From Curvularia clavata (Eukaryota): a stretch of DNA of 23,251 nucleotides. The notes below the pieces were generated by a model that saw only the letters and a list, made by a program, of their open reading frames with translations, was not told the origin of the DNA and did not search any database. The translations under genes were made by a program, and so were the position numbers. Within the stretch, counting starts at the first letter, position 1, and each line of letters opens with the position of its first letter. Of this stretch, positions 23,084 to 23,251 are shown one piece after another. Where the stretch lies: positions 3,286,001 to 3,309,251 of the forward strand of contig CP089278.1 in the NCBI GenBank assembly GCA_023920165.1. Direction: 5' to 3'.

Positions 23084-23190
23084 GGGTAGGGTAGGGTTAG
23101 GGTTAGGGTTAGGGTTAGGGTTAGGGTTAGGGTTAGGGTTAGGGTTAGGGTTAGGGTTAGGGTTAGGGTTAGGGTTAGGGTTAGGGTTAG
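23084..23190 (+). repeat. Telomere: GGG(TAGGG)2(TTAGGG)15TTAG
   Basis: Canonical TTAGGG array with the G-rich strand running toward the sequence end. Confidence 0.98.
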
Positions 23191-23251
23191 AGGTGCTGTC
23201 ACACGAGTATGGAAGTCGTTCTTTAACCTTAGCAATACGTAACTGAACGAA
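23191..23251 (-). other. Untrimmed Oxford Nanopore native-barcode and ligation adapter (technical artifact)
   Basis: Reverse complement reads TTCGTTCAGTTACGTATTGCT-AAGGTTAA-AGAACGACTTCCATACTCGTGTGA-CAGCACCT: ONT adapter, native flank, 24-nt barcode (NB13/BC13 from memory) and flank. Confidence 0.96.

Overview
Right-hand end of a chromosome from a filamentous ascomycete, probably a Pleosporales-type fungus (inferred from the CYP51B-like sequence, RIP signature and Molly-like transposon). Bases 1-11.2 kb are gene-containing: an intact two-intron CYP51B-type sterol 14-alpha-demethylase, a 1059-aa HET-domain gene, and a GC-rich divergent pair of an amidase and an amino-acid permease whose 3' part is lost. 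From 11221 to 23083 lies a RIP-mutated nest of transposons: an LTR split by a pogo/Fot1 element, which itself holds a full-length Ty3/gypsy chromovirus and a solo LTR; then a Molly-like pogo element interrupted by a second chromovirus copy with a nested variant solo LTR. That second copy breaks off inside gag and is capped directly by (TTAGGG)n, followed by an untrimmed Nanopore barcode/adapter. The main finding is that the chromovirus carries an antisense third ORF which, after reversing RIP changes, has an exact Gal4-type Zn(II)2Cys6 spacing, while its LTR U3 holds four CCTCGG-N10-CCGAGG-type palindromes. This suggests a retrotransposon that encodes its own transcription factor and cognate sites. 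All calls are by eye; no searches were run.
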